IMG/VR virus record: IMGVR_UViG_3300042558_004148 | Coordinates: 62,001 to 126,000 of that record | Direction: 5' to 3' (one strand) | DNA length: 64,000 nucleotides | The notes under the pieces: model-generated | The model's database searches: none | What the model saw: the letters and a program-made list of their open reading frames with translations, nothing else | What the model was told of the DNA's origin: nothing | Shown: in pieces, positions 9,224 to 17,874 of the stretch | How the letters are laid out: each line of letters begins with the position of its first letter | Position numbering within the stretch: position 1 is the stretch's first letter | Made by a program: the position numbers and the translations under genes

Positions 9224-11521
9224 ATGTCATTCGGAGCAACAGATCAACAAAGGAGTTTATTTCTAAAAGGTTTTAAATTATCAAAACAGGGTAATTATGA
9301 AGATCCAACATATCTTGGGTTTAAAATAGTATTTGATTTCGGTAATTTACCGGTTGGACCTGATGATGGACTACCTCCTAGCCCATTATTCAGGGATAGA
9401 AGTTATTTCTACGGAGCTGGTGCTAGTAATTTTGCAGAAAATCCATTCGGCCAACCTCAATATGATTCAGTTTCTGGATCTGCTGACGGTAAGGTAGCTT
9501 TTTATTCAGCCACTAGTTATCTCGAGGAAAGAGAAGCTGATTTTGCTTATGGTGGAAAAAGATCCGATATGTTGAGACAGTTTAAATTAATTCTCAATGA
9601 TATAGTAACAAATTCACCTTGGTTTATCCAATCCATACAGGGTCTAGATAAATTAGCACAGGTTGAAAGACCTGGATATGCATCACAGTCCGATGGTGGA
9701 TCATTTAATCCACAGAGAACATCTAATAAGATGCTAGAAATATCAACTCTTGAATCGATAAATCTTAGAATGTCTGCTTTGGCTGATTTATATAATCAAG
9801 CAACATTTGATTATGATAACATGAGAGAATTGCTACCTAGAAACCTTAGAAAATTTAGAATGTATATTTTCGTTTCGGAGGTTAGAAATTTCTTCAAGAC
9901 TTCAAGACTTATAGGATCTTCGGCAGCATTAACAGCTATTGACAATTTATCAACATTACTTGGATCTGGTAATAATCCGGGATCTAATTTAGGAGCTTCT
10001 ACCGGAGTGGATTCACAACAGAACGAGAATTTCAAAGCTCCGAATGCTAATATAAGTCCTTCTAGTTCTTTTAATTCATTTGTTGGTAACGTTGTAAATC
10101 AGTCGGGCCTTGATAATGATCTATCTCTTCTAAAGAATCAGCAAGATCAATCTGGTATAAAACCTGTTATGGTTTTTGAATGTAGAGGCTGTGAATTTGA
10201 TTTTAGCGAAAGTACACCGATTTCGGATGAACTTAATATAGGAACATCAGCTGAAGCAGTTACTCAGAAATTTAAAATCCATATAGATAGGGTCAGAGTT
10301 AGAAGTCAATATCCAAATATTAGACAGGATGGGAAACCTCTTGTACTTGGAGATAGCTGGGACGGTGCTAGATCATCTGTTCAGAAAAATCCTAAGGATC
10401 AGGATGACATATTATCTATAGGAAGCCAATTGCTTACTAATTTTGTTAGTAATTCATTAAATGATTTAATTAATGAAGGTGTTGCAAATTTCATACAACC
10501 AAATTTACAGGGATTGAACAAACTGGCACTTGGTAATGCATATAGTTTTAACCCTGGCGAAATATTAACCAGTCTATCATTTAATAATGCTCAGAAATTC
10601 CTGGATAGCTTGGGTGGAGTTAATGCTGGTATAAGTAAAACTGATTTTCCAACCCCACAATCTACAGGATTAGGTGGTCCGCCACAGAGAGCTTATCCGG
10701 CACCTGGTGGTGACGTTTACGAGAATGTTGCTGGATCTGATTTAGGTGTTCCTGATAGGGTTTATCCTGCTCCTGGTGGTGATGTTTATAATGCTGTTCC
10801 TGGTGCGGATTTAGGTGCTCCTGATAGAGTTTATCCAGCTCCTCAGGGTGACGTGTACTCTGGTGTACCTGGATCTGATTTGGGTGTTCCTGGTAGAGTT
10901 TATCCGGCTCCACAAGGAGATGCGTATTCTGGTGTACCTGGTGAGGATCTAGGTGTTCCTGATAGAGTTTATCCAGCTCCTCAGGGTGATGTGTATGCTA
11001 ATGTTCCTGGATCTGATTTGGGTGCTCCTGATAGGGTTTATCCAGCTCCTGGCGGTGATGCATATGCGAATGTACCTGGATCAGATCTGGGTGTTCCTGA
11101 TAGAATGTATCCTGTATTTAATGATAGTGTTTATCCGGAACCCGGTCCAGACCAAAATCTAGGAAATACCGAGAGAGTTTATAATGATGTTGAGCAATCA
11201 GCATCGCTGGGTGAATCCCAAGTTTATACTGATGTAACTGCTCCACCTAGTAATGCTGAACTTAATCAATCGATATATCCAGCGGAAACCCAGATAACAT
11301 CCAATGGTGAATTAAGAAGCCCTTCCAATACTTTTAATTCAACACCAACACCAGTTTATCCAAGACCGGAAGTAACATACAGAAGAGGTGATATAGGTAA
11401 AGTTTATCCATCGGTTAGCGGGGATTTCGATACATCGGATGAGAATCTAGGAAACTTAAAACCTGACACCAAATATAATATTAGTATAGACGGATTCAAT
11501 CCAAAGAGCTCTGATTTTTAA
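9224..11521 (+). CDS. Putative tail/baseplate structural protein with a C-terminal 23-aa tandem repeat
   Basis: 765 aa within the baseplate module; globular N-terminal half, then a Pro/Gly/Tyr repeat region. Confidence 0.6.
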   Translation: MSFGATDQQRSLFLKGFKLSKQGNYEDPTYLGFKIVFDFGNLPVGPDDGLPPSPLFRDRSYFYGAGASNFAENPFGQPQYDSVSGSADGKVAFYSATSYLEEREADFAYGGKRSDMLRQFKLILNDIVTNSPWFIQSIQGLDKLAQVERPGYASQSDGGSFNPQRTSNKMLEISTLESINLRMSALADLYNQATFDYDNMRELLPRNLRKFRMYIFVSEVRNFFKTSRLIGSSAALTAIDNLSTLLGSGNNPGSNLGASTGVDSQQNENFKAPNANISPSSSFNSFVGNVVNQSGLDNDLSLLKNQQDQSGIKPVMVFECRGCEFDFSESTPISDELNIGTSAEAVTQKFKIHIDRVRVRSQYPNIRQDGKPLVLGDSWDGARSSVQKNPKDQDDILSIGSQLLTNFVSNSLNDLINEGVANFIQPNLQGLNKLALGNAYSFNPGEILTSLSFNNAQKFLDSLGGVNAGISKTDFPTPQSTGLGGPPQRAYPAPGGDVYENVAGSDLGVPDRVYPAPGGDVYNAVPGADLGAPDRVYPAPQGDVYSGVPGSDLGVPGRVYPAPQGDAYSGVPGEDLGVPDRVYPAPQGDVYANVPGSDLGAPDRVYPAPGGDAYANVPGSDLGVPDRMYPVFNDSVYPEPGPDQNLGNTERVYNDVEQSASLGESQVYTDVTAPPSNAELNQSIYPAETQITSNGELRSPSNTFNSTPTPVYPRPEVTYRRGDIGKVYPSVSGDFDTSDENLGNLKPDTKYNISIDGFNPKSSDF
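10688..11113 (+). repeat. Coding tandem repeat, six 69-bp units plus a partial seventh (RVYPAPxGDxYxxVPGxDLGxPD)
   Basis: 69-bp period seen directly (e.g. gatagggttt at 10754 and gatagagttt at 10823). Confidence 0.95.
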
Positions 11522-11524
11522 AAG

Positions 11525-12226
11525 ATGGAAAATAGAAAAACCTATTTAGGAAAAATAGTAGATAATAAGGATCCTCTGTACCAGGGTAGAGCAAAAATAA
11601 GTGTTTTTGGGGTATTTGATGAGATTCCAACCGAAGATTTGCCTTGGGCTGAACAGGTACCTGGGGTTTCTTTTGGCGGAGGTGGAGGTGGTGGAAATAT
11701 TTCCATACCGAAGATTGATTCTGTTGTAGCAGTTTATTTTGAGAACGAGAATTATTATAAGCTCTATTATGATTATGTCAAGGAGATGGATCCCGTTCTT
11801 AAGGAGGAGCTGAAGACTGAGAATTCATATGAGGGTACACATTCTCTATTGTATGATAGTGAGTCCGAGTCCGGCGTTCTTAAAATGATTTATACCAGGA
11901 GTAAAGGTTTATTGTTTCAGTTGGGTGAAGCTTCCATACAGATAGATACTCAGAATGCAGGTACGGACAGTGAGAAACTTAGAATAGTTCTGAAAATGAA
12001 TGAGGATGAGATAAGAATGGAGAAGAGCGGAGGTAAACAAAAAGTAATAGTTAAATCCGAAAATATAGAGCTGGGTGACGGAGCTGTAGAAAAGCTAGTT
12101 CTTGGTAATAAATTTTTATCACTATTCAATCAGCACACGCACCCTACTGGTGTTGGACCTTCAGGTGTTCCCATCATTCCCATGGTTGACATACAACATC
12201 TAAGTCAAGTATCTAAAACTAAATAA
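11525..12226 (+). CDS. Baseplate central spike, gp5 N-terminal OB-fold / gpV-like
   Basis: GKIVDNKDPLYQGRAKISVFG...LPWA...IPKIDSVVAVYF OB-fold signature; C-terminal QHTHP metal-binding apex motif; no lysozyme domain. Confidence 0.85.
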   Translation: MENRKTYLGKIVDNKDPLYQGRAKISVFGVFDEIPTEDLPWAEQVPGVSFGGGGGGGNISIPKIDSVVAVYFENENYYKLYYDYVKEMDPVLKEELKTENSYEGTHSLLYDSESESGVLKMIYTRSKGLLFQLGEASIQIDTQNAGTDSEKLRIVLKMNEDEIRMEKSGGKQKVIVKSENIELGDGAVEKLVLGNKFLSLFNQHTHPTGVGPSGVPIIPMVDIQHLSQVSKTK

Positions 12227-12228
12227 TA

Positions 12229-14025
12229 ATGCCAGCAAATTGGGGAACATTCATAACTAATGTTAGTAGCAAATTAACATCCCAGTCTATCGGGTCATAC
12301 GATGAGATGGCAGACTTTCTTAGGAATGAATATATTTCTGCGACTGTTGGTAAAGCAGCATCTCCATTTGGTCAAACCCATGTTAAGGGACAGGATGCAA
12401 TTATGTATGAGGGGTTTAAGAAGGGATTTAAAATGCTCTATGAAGGTGGGGATCTAACATTTGAAGAGAAGAAAACAAATCCAGCATATGCAGATCTGGA
12501 GGTTGAACCACCCACGGTGGATATATCAGGAGCTGCTGATCAGGTTGAGTTAGATTTTAGAGATTGGACCGAGGAGAATAAAGCAACAATACCCGATTTT
12601 ACATATTCACAATTCTTTTCACAATATCCAAATTTTCCCAAGGATAGAAAACAAGCAGTACTTGAGATTGCTAGAAAGATATTACACCAATTTGATGGAA
12701 CTGGAGCATATCTTCAGTGGATGTATTCATTAAGAACAGGTTCATATAGTGATTGGGGTAATCTTATAATGGACGAGGTTATTAGACTTATAAAGATTGA
12801 GACTAAGAGGGATTTCCAACCTGGTGACATCGTTAGAGGATTTGCTAAATATAAGACAATTACCGAGATATGGACAGCTAGCACTGCATCTGATAAAACA
12901 TCATATACAACAACTCCACCTCAGGGATATCAGTATGGGTGGTCAGATTCAACAAAAAAGACCGGTAGTGACATATTTAATTATATAAAGGGTGACACTA
13001 ATATAGATAATATTGCGTCTTTAAATAGCAGTAAGCCTGGTGAAGGTGATTTGATTGAGGGAAAGATAATATCAACAAAGAATTTGGGAGGTACAAGCAG
13101 TATAAAAATATCCTATTACAGTAAAACTTACGAAAAGAATTTTGTAAAAGAATTAATTCCAAGTACGGTAACCAGAAAACTTAATATCTCTGATATAGCA
13201 GGAAAATTACCCTCTATAAATATATCTAGGGAACTTTTTCAGGATCAACACTTAAGTAATCCCGGTAAGATACCAGCTTATCTAACATCAAGTTTTATAA
13301 GACATTTCACATATTCTAAAAGATATGATGCTGGGTACCTTAAACAGTGGCTGAAAGAATTTGGGTTGTCTGATAGTTCTATTGATGACATAAACAGAAG
13401 CTTTGACGATTCGTATAGCTATGCTGATGATATCATCAATATTTTTTCCAAAGATGGATTCAAAAATACCTCATTTTTTCGGAATAATGCTAATATTTTT
13501 GGTAGCAACACCGGATTTCAATTATCATTCATCAAACAGAGACGTGATTTTAATAAGACGGTTGAATATAACGGGGAAGAAAATAGATTTAGAGAACTTA
13601 AAATCCGCTGGATAAATGAGTTGGCTGACGCTGCTAGGAAAAGTTCAGATCCCGATAAACCGGAGGACCCATACAATGTTATGGCTAAGGGTGTTCTAGA
13701 TTATTGGAAATCATGTGGACAACAGCCACTAACAAATGAACCCGGTGCTCCTCCTGCTTTATTCTCACCTCCTCAGGGTGGTCTTTATGTTCCGATTTAT
13801 TACGGTAGTCAAACCATGCTTGGTAACAATATAAAAAGAGCTTTCAATACAGGAAAAAAATTCACTCGGGAGCAGGAAAAGAAGATTGCAGCAAAGCTAG
13901 TTGCATCAGCTCTAGCATATTCATTTGGGATGCATTTATTGGAACTTAAATTTATCTATAGAGGTGGTATACCCGGACCAAATGGACCAATACCTATGAT
14001 AGGATTTATACCTTTAGTTTACTAA
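12229..14025 (+). CDS. Hypothetical protein, probably baseplate-associated
   Basis: 598 aa starting 2 nt after the spike gene; Pro/Gly-rich C-terminus. Confidence 0.6.
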   Translation: MPANWGTFITNVSSKLTSQSIGSYDEMADFLRNEYISATVGKAASPFGQTHVKGQDAIMYEGFKKGFKMLYEGGDLTFEEKKTNPAYADLEVEPPTVDISGAADQVELDFRDWTEENKATIPDFTYSQFFSQYPNFPKDRKQAVLEIARKILHQFDGTGAYLQWMYSLRTGSYSDWGNLIMDEVIRLIKIETKRDFQPGDIVRGFAKYKTITEIWTASTASDKTSYTTTPPQGYQYGWSDSTKKTGSDIFNYIKGDTNIDNIASLNSSKPGEGDLIEGKIISTKNLGGTSSIKISYYSKTYEKNFVKELIPSTVTRKLNISDIAGKLPSINISRELFQDQHLSNPGKIPAYLTSSFIRHFTYSKRYDAGYLKQWLKEFGLSDSSIDDINRSFDDSYSYADDIINIFSKDGFKNTSFFRNNANIFGSNTGFQLSFIKQRRDFNKTVEYNGEENRFRELKIRWINELADAARKSSDPDKPEDPYNVMAKGVLDYWKSCGQQPLTNEPGAPPALFSPPQGGLYVPIYYGSQTMLGNNIKRAFNTGKKFTREQEKKIAAKLVASALAYSFGMHLLELKFIYRGGIPGPNGPIPMIGFIPLVY

Positions 14026-14059
14026 TAATTTCCAAATATAATAAAGGAACTTAAAGATA

Positions 14060-14067
14060 GATATATA
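14060..14067 (+). promoter_or_regulatory. GATATATA putative late promoter
   Basis: Intergenic, 52 nt upstream of the S1 ATG. Confidence 0.5.
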
Positions 14068-14111
14068 GTACAATTAATAACATTTTTATCACTTTTTAAA
14101 CTAAAAAAAAC

Positions 14112-15272
14112 ATGAAATTAGAAGCATTAGATAATTTCGACTGGGACGTTCCTAACGGGCTATCAATTAATCATAAAGTTAAATCTCCTGATGGTGCAAA
14201 GGTTTATTGCCACGAACCATATGCTCAGGAATTAGCGGATCTTTATCATTCAACTTATCATCTATTGGACGAAGGATCGAAAGATCTTATTGATGGTGCT
14301 GTTTATGGTTGCAAAATTATCTCCGCTAAGGAAGATGAGGCTTTAGCACAAACAGGATCGGGCCAAACAATCTATCTTGATCTAAAGAAAGAAAGAAAAG
14401 ACGCAATTAAGCTTGGTATTGGCGGATTAAATTTCGTACCTGGTGAAACCATTAACGTTAGAGTTAGAAAATCTAACGGTAGTTATATCGGATCAGCTGT
14501 TGAACACTATATACAGAGTCTTAAAGTTGAACTATTTGAACAAATTAAAAAAGAAAGCAGTGCATATCTTGTTAGAATAGAGAGTGTTAATAAGGGTGGA
14601 TATATCGTGGATCTATCAGGAATTAAGTGTTTTCTACCTGGATCATTAGCAGCTGCTAATAAAATAACTAACTTCGAATCATATGTAGGAAAAGAACTAC
14701 ATGTTATGATTGAAGGATACATTGACCAAAAAGACATATTCATAGTTTCTTATAAGAAATATCTAAACAAGATAATGGATTCTAAAATCCAGGAGCTTGA
14801 CTTAACCAAAAAATATAAGGGATATGTTACTGGTACTAGCGATTTCGGTGTGTTTGTTGAATGGGACAGTGTTTATACTGGATTGATACACAAGACAGAA
14901 TTCCAAAATGGCAATTCCTCAACAACATTAGTTCCTGGTAACGAGATCGAATTTTATGTTAAGGAAATAAAAGATAATAATAGGCTTACTCTTACTTTGG
15001 ATCAGCCATTGGAGAAGAATGTAATCATGCAAGATTTGGAGAAGGGAATTTCTGAAGGAAGCTTGGATAATTACGAAGCTAAAGTTAAACACAAAAGAAA
15101 AAACGGAGCATTAGTTGAAATAACTGAACTTGGTTTAATGGCTTTAGTTCCTCAGGATAGACTGGGTAAGAAGGGAAATAACATCAAAGCTGGTGATACC
15201 TTATTGGTATCATTATATGAGGTTGATGTAATTTCCGGAAAAATATTCGCTCAATTAATCGATGTCAGATAA
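14112..15272 (+). CDS. rpsA: Phage-encoded 30S ribosomal protein S1-like protein (about 4 S1/OB domains)
   Basis: NKGGYIVDLSGIKCFLPGS and KGYVTGTSDFGVFVEW...TGLIHKTE match S1 domains 2 and 3. Confidence 0.85.
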   Translation: MKLEALDNFDWDVPNGLSINHKVKSPDGAKVYCHEPYAQELADLYHSTYHLLDEGSKDLIDGAVYGCKIISAKEDEALAQTGSGQTIYLDLKKERKDAIKLGIGGLNFVPGETINVRVRKSNGSYIGSAVEHYIQSLKVELFEQIKKESSAYLVRIESVNKGGYIVDLSGIKCFLPGSLAAANKITNFESYVGKELHVMIEGYIDQKDIFIVSYKKYLNKIMDSKIQELDLTKKYKGYVTGTSDFGVFVEWDSVYTGLIHKTEFQNGNSSTTLVPGNEIEFYVKEIKDNNRLTLTLDQPLEKNVIMQDLEKGISEGSLDNYEAKVKHKRKNGALVEITELGLMALVPQDRLGKKGNNIKAGDTLLVSLYEVDVISGKIFAQLIDVR

Positions 15273-16668
15273 TAGAACACATCTTGATAGAATTAATGCA
15301 CTTGAATCTTCCGTTATAGGATTCGAATTTGAATTCTATACAAATCTACTAAAGGGTAAAGCAGCGGAATCGCTTGCTTCACTCCTTAAGAAAAAAGTAG
15401 TAGTTTCAGAAAAATATCATTCAAATATACCTGTGGATGGCTCTAATTTTAAATTAGAGCCAGACTACTCAGGTGGAAGTAAAATGATGGAGTTCATAAC
15501 AGGACCTTTACCTTATAATGAAGCTATAACAATATTAATAAAGGTGTTAAAATGGATAGATGAAAATGGATGGACCACTGATAGATGTGCATTCCAATTT
15601 TCTATAAGTTTTGATAAATTTAGAAGAGACATAAAAGATAAAATAGAAAACATAGACAAACTTAAATTTATACTTGGTCTTGATGAAGGACTGATATATT
15701 CAAAATTTGGTAACAGAGAAAAAAATGTCTATGCTAAATCAATAAAAAAAATCGTCCCAGTTAATAGATTTTCTATACTAGAAAATATAACTTCGATCGA
15801 TCCTAAAATGTATAAGGTTCCTAATGACAAGTATTATGGTGTTAATTTCACTAAGATACCTCAGGGTTATATAGAATTTAGATATCTTGGTAATCGTGAT
15901 TATCAGAAAAAGATAAAGGATATTAGAGAAATTATAGATTATATAATTCTCTATATGTACGATCTATTAAGCAGAAGAATAACTGGATATACCCAGGATG
16001 ATCTTGTTTCTTTACAAAAGATGATGAGTAAATATTCTAAGGTTGTTAGATCTTTTAGTAATCCAGATTTCTTCTTTAAAAATTATCCGGACTTCCACGT
16101 ATTCGTTGATCTGAAGGGATGGGACGAAAATATAAAAACATATTTCCCTATAATAAGAGATAAAATATTCGATCTAATTGTTGAAGGCGATATAACTTCA
16201 TGTTATTTTAATTATGATACCACTAATGGTAGATATCAAGTTAAGGAAGCAAGAAGCAGGGGAGCATTTGGGATAAATGATATTGACCTTATAATGTGCG
16301 ATATTAAAAATGCAGTTATAAAAAATTGCAATATTTATAACTGCGATATCAAGAAGTCCTCCATAGAGGATTCTTATATTTTTAGTGGAACCAAAGTTAT
16401 TTCGTCCAAAGTTAAATCAACCATAGTGGACTATACGAACACCCTAAATGATTGTTTTATTGATTGCGAGGGTAAGAATATAAATTGCAAAATAGACGGT
16501 GGAGTTCTTAGAGCTGGTATAATAGGTGAAAATGCTGAGATAAGCAAGGAGACAATGAAGGTTAAAAATCCTAGTGATCAGAGAATGCTTAGATTTGTAT
16601 CTGATAAGAGGCTTAAAGATTCTAATGATACATACAATAAGCCTAGATTTGGTAATATGAATTACTAA
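15262..16668 (+). CDS. Putative amidoligase (COOH-NH2 ligase fold) with a C-terminal beta-helix-like region
   Basis: GFEFEF, LEPD, EFITGPL, KYYGVN and IEFR motifs; C-terminal I/V-x-x-C/S repeats. Confidence 0.65.
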   Translation: MSDNRTHLDRINALESSVIGFEFEFYTNLLKGKAAESLASLLKKKVVVSEKYHSNIPVDGSNFKLEPDYSGGSKMMEFITGPLPYNEAITILIKVLKWIDENGWTTDRCAFQFSISFDKFRRDIKDKIENIDKLKFILGLDEGLIYSKFGNREKNVYAKSIKKIVPVNRFSILENITSIDPKMYKVPNDKYYGVNFTKIPQGYIEFRYLGNRDYQKKIKDIREIIDYIILYMYDLLSRRITGYTQDDLVSLQKMMSKYSKVVRSFSNPDFFFKNYPDFHVFVDLKGWDENIKTYFPIIRDKIFDLIVEGDITSCYFNYDTTNGRYQVKEARSRGAFGINDIDLIMCDIKNAVIKNCNIYNCDIKKSSIEDSYIFSGTKVISSKVKSTIVDYTNTLNDCFIDCEGKNINCKIDGGVLRAGIIGENAEISKETMKVKNPSDQRMLRFVSDKRLKDSNDTYNKPRFGNMNY

Positions 16669-16685
16669 AAAATCAATTTTTTAAA

Positions 16686-17462
16686 ATGACACAAGAGGAA
16701 TTAGTACAGGAGATACAGGATGCATTATCATTTAGTTGTGCATTACCCTATAATTTGAATGCTGCAGAAACTGAAAGAATTATAAAAAGAGCTAAAGCTT
16801 GGTTTTATGATAATTATCAATATGCTGTGGAGGATAGAGTTTTTGTTCTTGCTAATTCTCTATTTCAGCACCCTGAATTTAAAAAAACCAGACAGATAAA
16901 ATTACCACAGCCGATCATATCGGTATATGAGGTTAGAGAATTGGGAGGATCTGGGATTTCTGGTAATCCTGATAGAGATTTTAGCGATTCAAAGCTTCTT
17001 GGTTCTGAACTATTACTTTCCCCTTTTGTCGGGGATAATCTTGTTTATAGAACGGTGATGTATTCATATTTTGATTTAGCCCAGGCCTATCTATTAAATA
17101 CGTACGCTTTTAAGTTTAATAAGAATACAAAATTTCTAACCATAATGGGTAGGGATCCAAATAGATCAGGTAAAGGTCAAACCGCACAGGGATTTGGAGT
17201 AGGCGGAATAGATGTATCAGTTAGAGCATATGTTGCAATCCCGGATGAATATCTTTTTGATGACGAACTTTTCGTTAGATACTGTATAGCTAAATGTAAA
17301 ATTGCATTAGCTAATATGCTATCAGTTTTCAATTATAACCTGCCTGGTGGGATACAAGTTAACACATCGGACATAAGATCTACCGGTGAAGCTGAGCTTC
17401 AGGAGGTCATGGATATGATCAATGGTGAGAACACTCCTTCGTATTTCCTTCAATGGAATTAA
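16686..17462 (+). CDS. Neck protein, T4 gp13-like
   Basis: C-terminal FVRYCIAKCKIALANMLSVFNYNLPGGIQVN...EAELQEV parallels the gp13 LPGG motif. Confidence 0.75.
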   Translation: MTQEELVQEIQDALSFSCALPYNLNAAETERIIKRAKAWFYDNYQYAVEDRVFVLANSLFQHPEFKKTRQIKLPQPIISVYEVRELGGSGISGNPDRDFSDSKLLGSELLLSPFVGDNLVYRTVMYSYFDLAQAYLLNTYAFKFNKNTKFLTIMGRDPNRSGKGQTAQGFGVGGIDVSVRAYVAIPDEYLFDDELFVRYCIAKCKIALANMLSVFNYNLPGGIQVNTSDIRSTGEAELQEVMDMINGENTPSYFLQWN

Positions 17463-17466
17463 TCTA

Positions 17467-17474
17467 GATATATA
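17467..17474 (+). promoter_or_regulatory. GATATATA putative late promoter abutting a hairpin that covers the gp25 start codon
   Basis: 28 nt upstream of ATG 17495; stem atgggaa/ttcccat spans 17475-17496. Confidence 0.6.
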
Positions 17475-17494
17475 ATGGGAAATAAAAAATTCCC

Positions 17495-17866
17495 ATGAGA
17501 GAGATTTACAATAGAGATCCGCTTGATCCCAACTACAATCCTTATCAAATAGAGGTCACAGATCCAATAGAGATTTGTATAGGCCAACTTAAAATGATGC
17601 TACTTACTAATAAGGGCGAAGTTTTAGGTGATCCTAAATTTGGATTAAACCTTGAAGATCTTATATTTAATCTGGAACTTTCGGAATCTAGTATTAGGAA
17701 GGAATTAGATCTTTTCCTTAAGGTCTATGTTCCATTATTTTCAGTGCTTGGCGGTAGCTATGATCTTAGATTCTATGTTGGTACATTAAGGGATATAGCA
17801 ACACTAGACTTTAAATTACCTCAGGATGGAAAATTAAGCCCATTGGTTACATTAAGATTAACATAA
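17495..17866 (+). CDS. Baseplate wedge protein, gp25-like
   Basis: LLTNKGEVLGDPKFGLNLEDLIF gp25 signature. Confidence 0.85.
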   Translation: MREIYNRDPLDPNYNPYQIEVTDPIEICIGQLKMMLLTNKGEVLGDPKFGLNLEDLIFNLELSESSIRKELDLFLKVYVPLFSVLGGSYDLRFYVGTLRDIATLDFKLPQDGKLSPLVTLRLT

Positions 17867-17874
17867 TAATAGAT

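Noticed and set aside
10688-11113. 69-bp repeats as a CRISPR array
   Set aside because: The units are contiguous with no unique spacers, vary mainly at synonymous positions, and lie in frame within a CDS.
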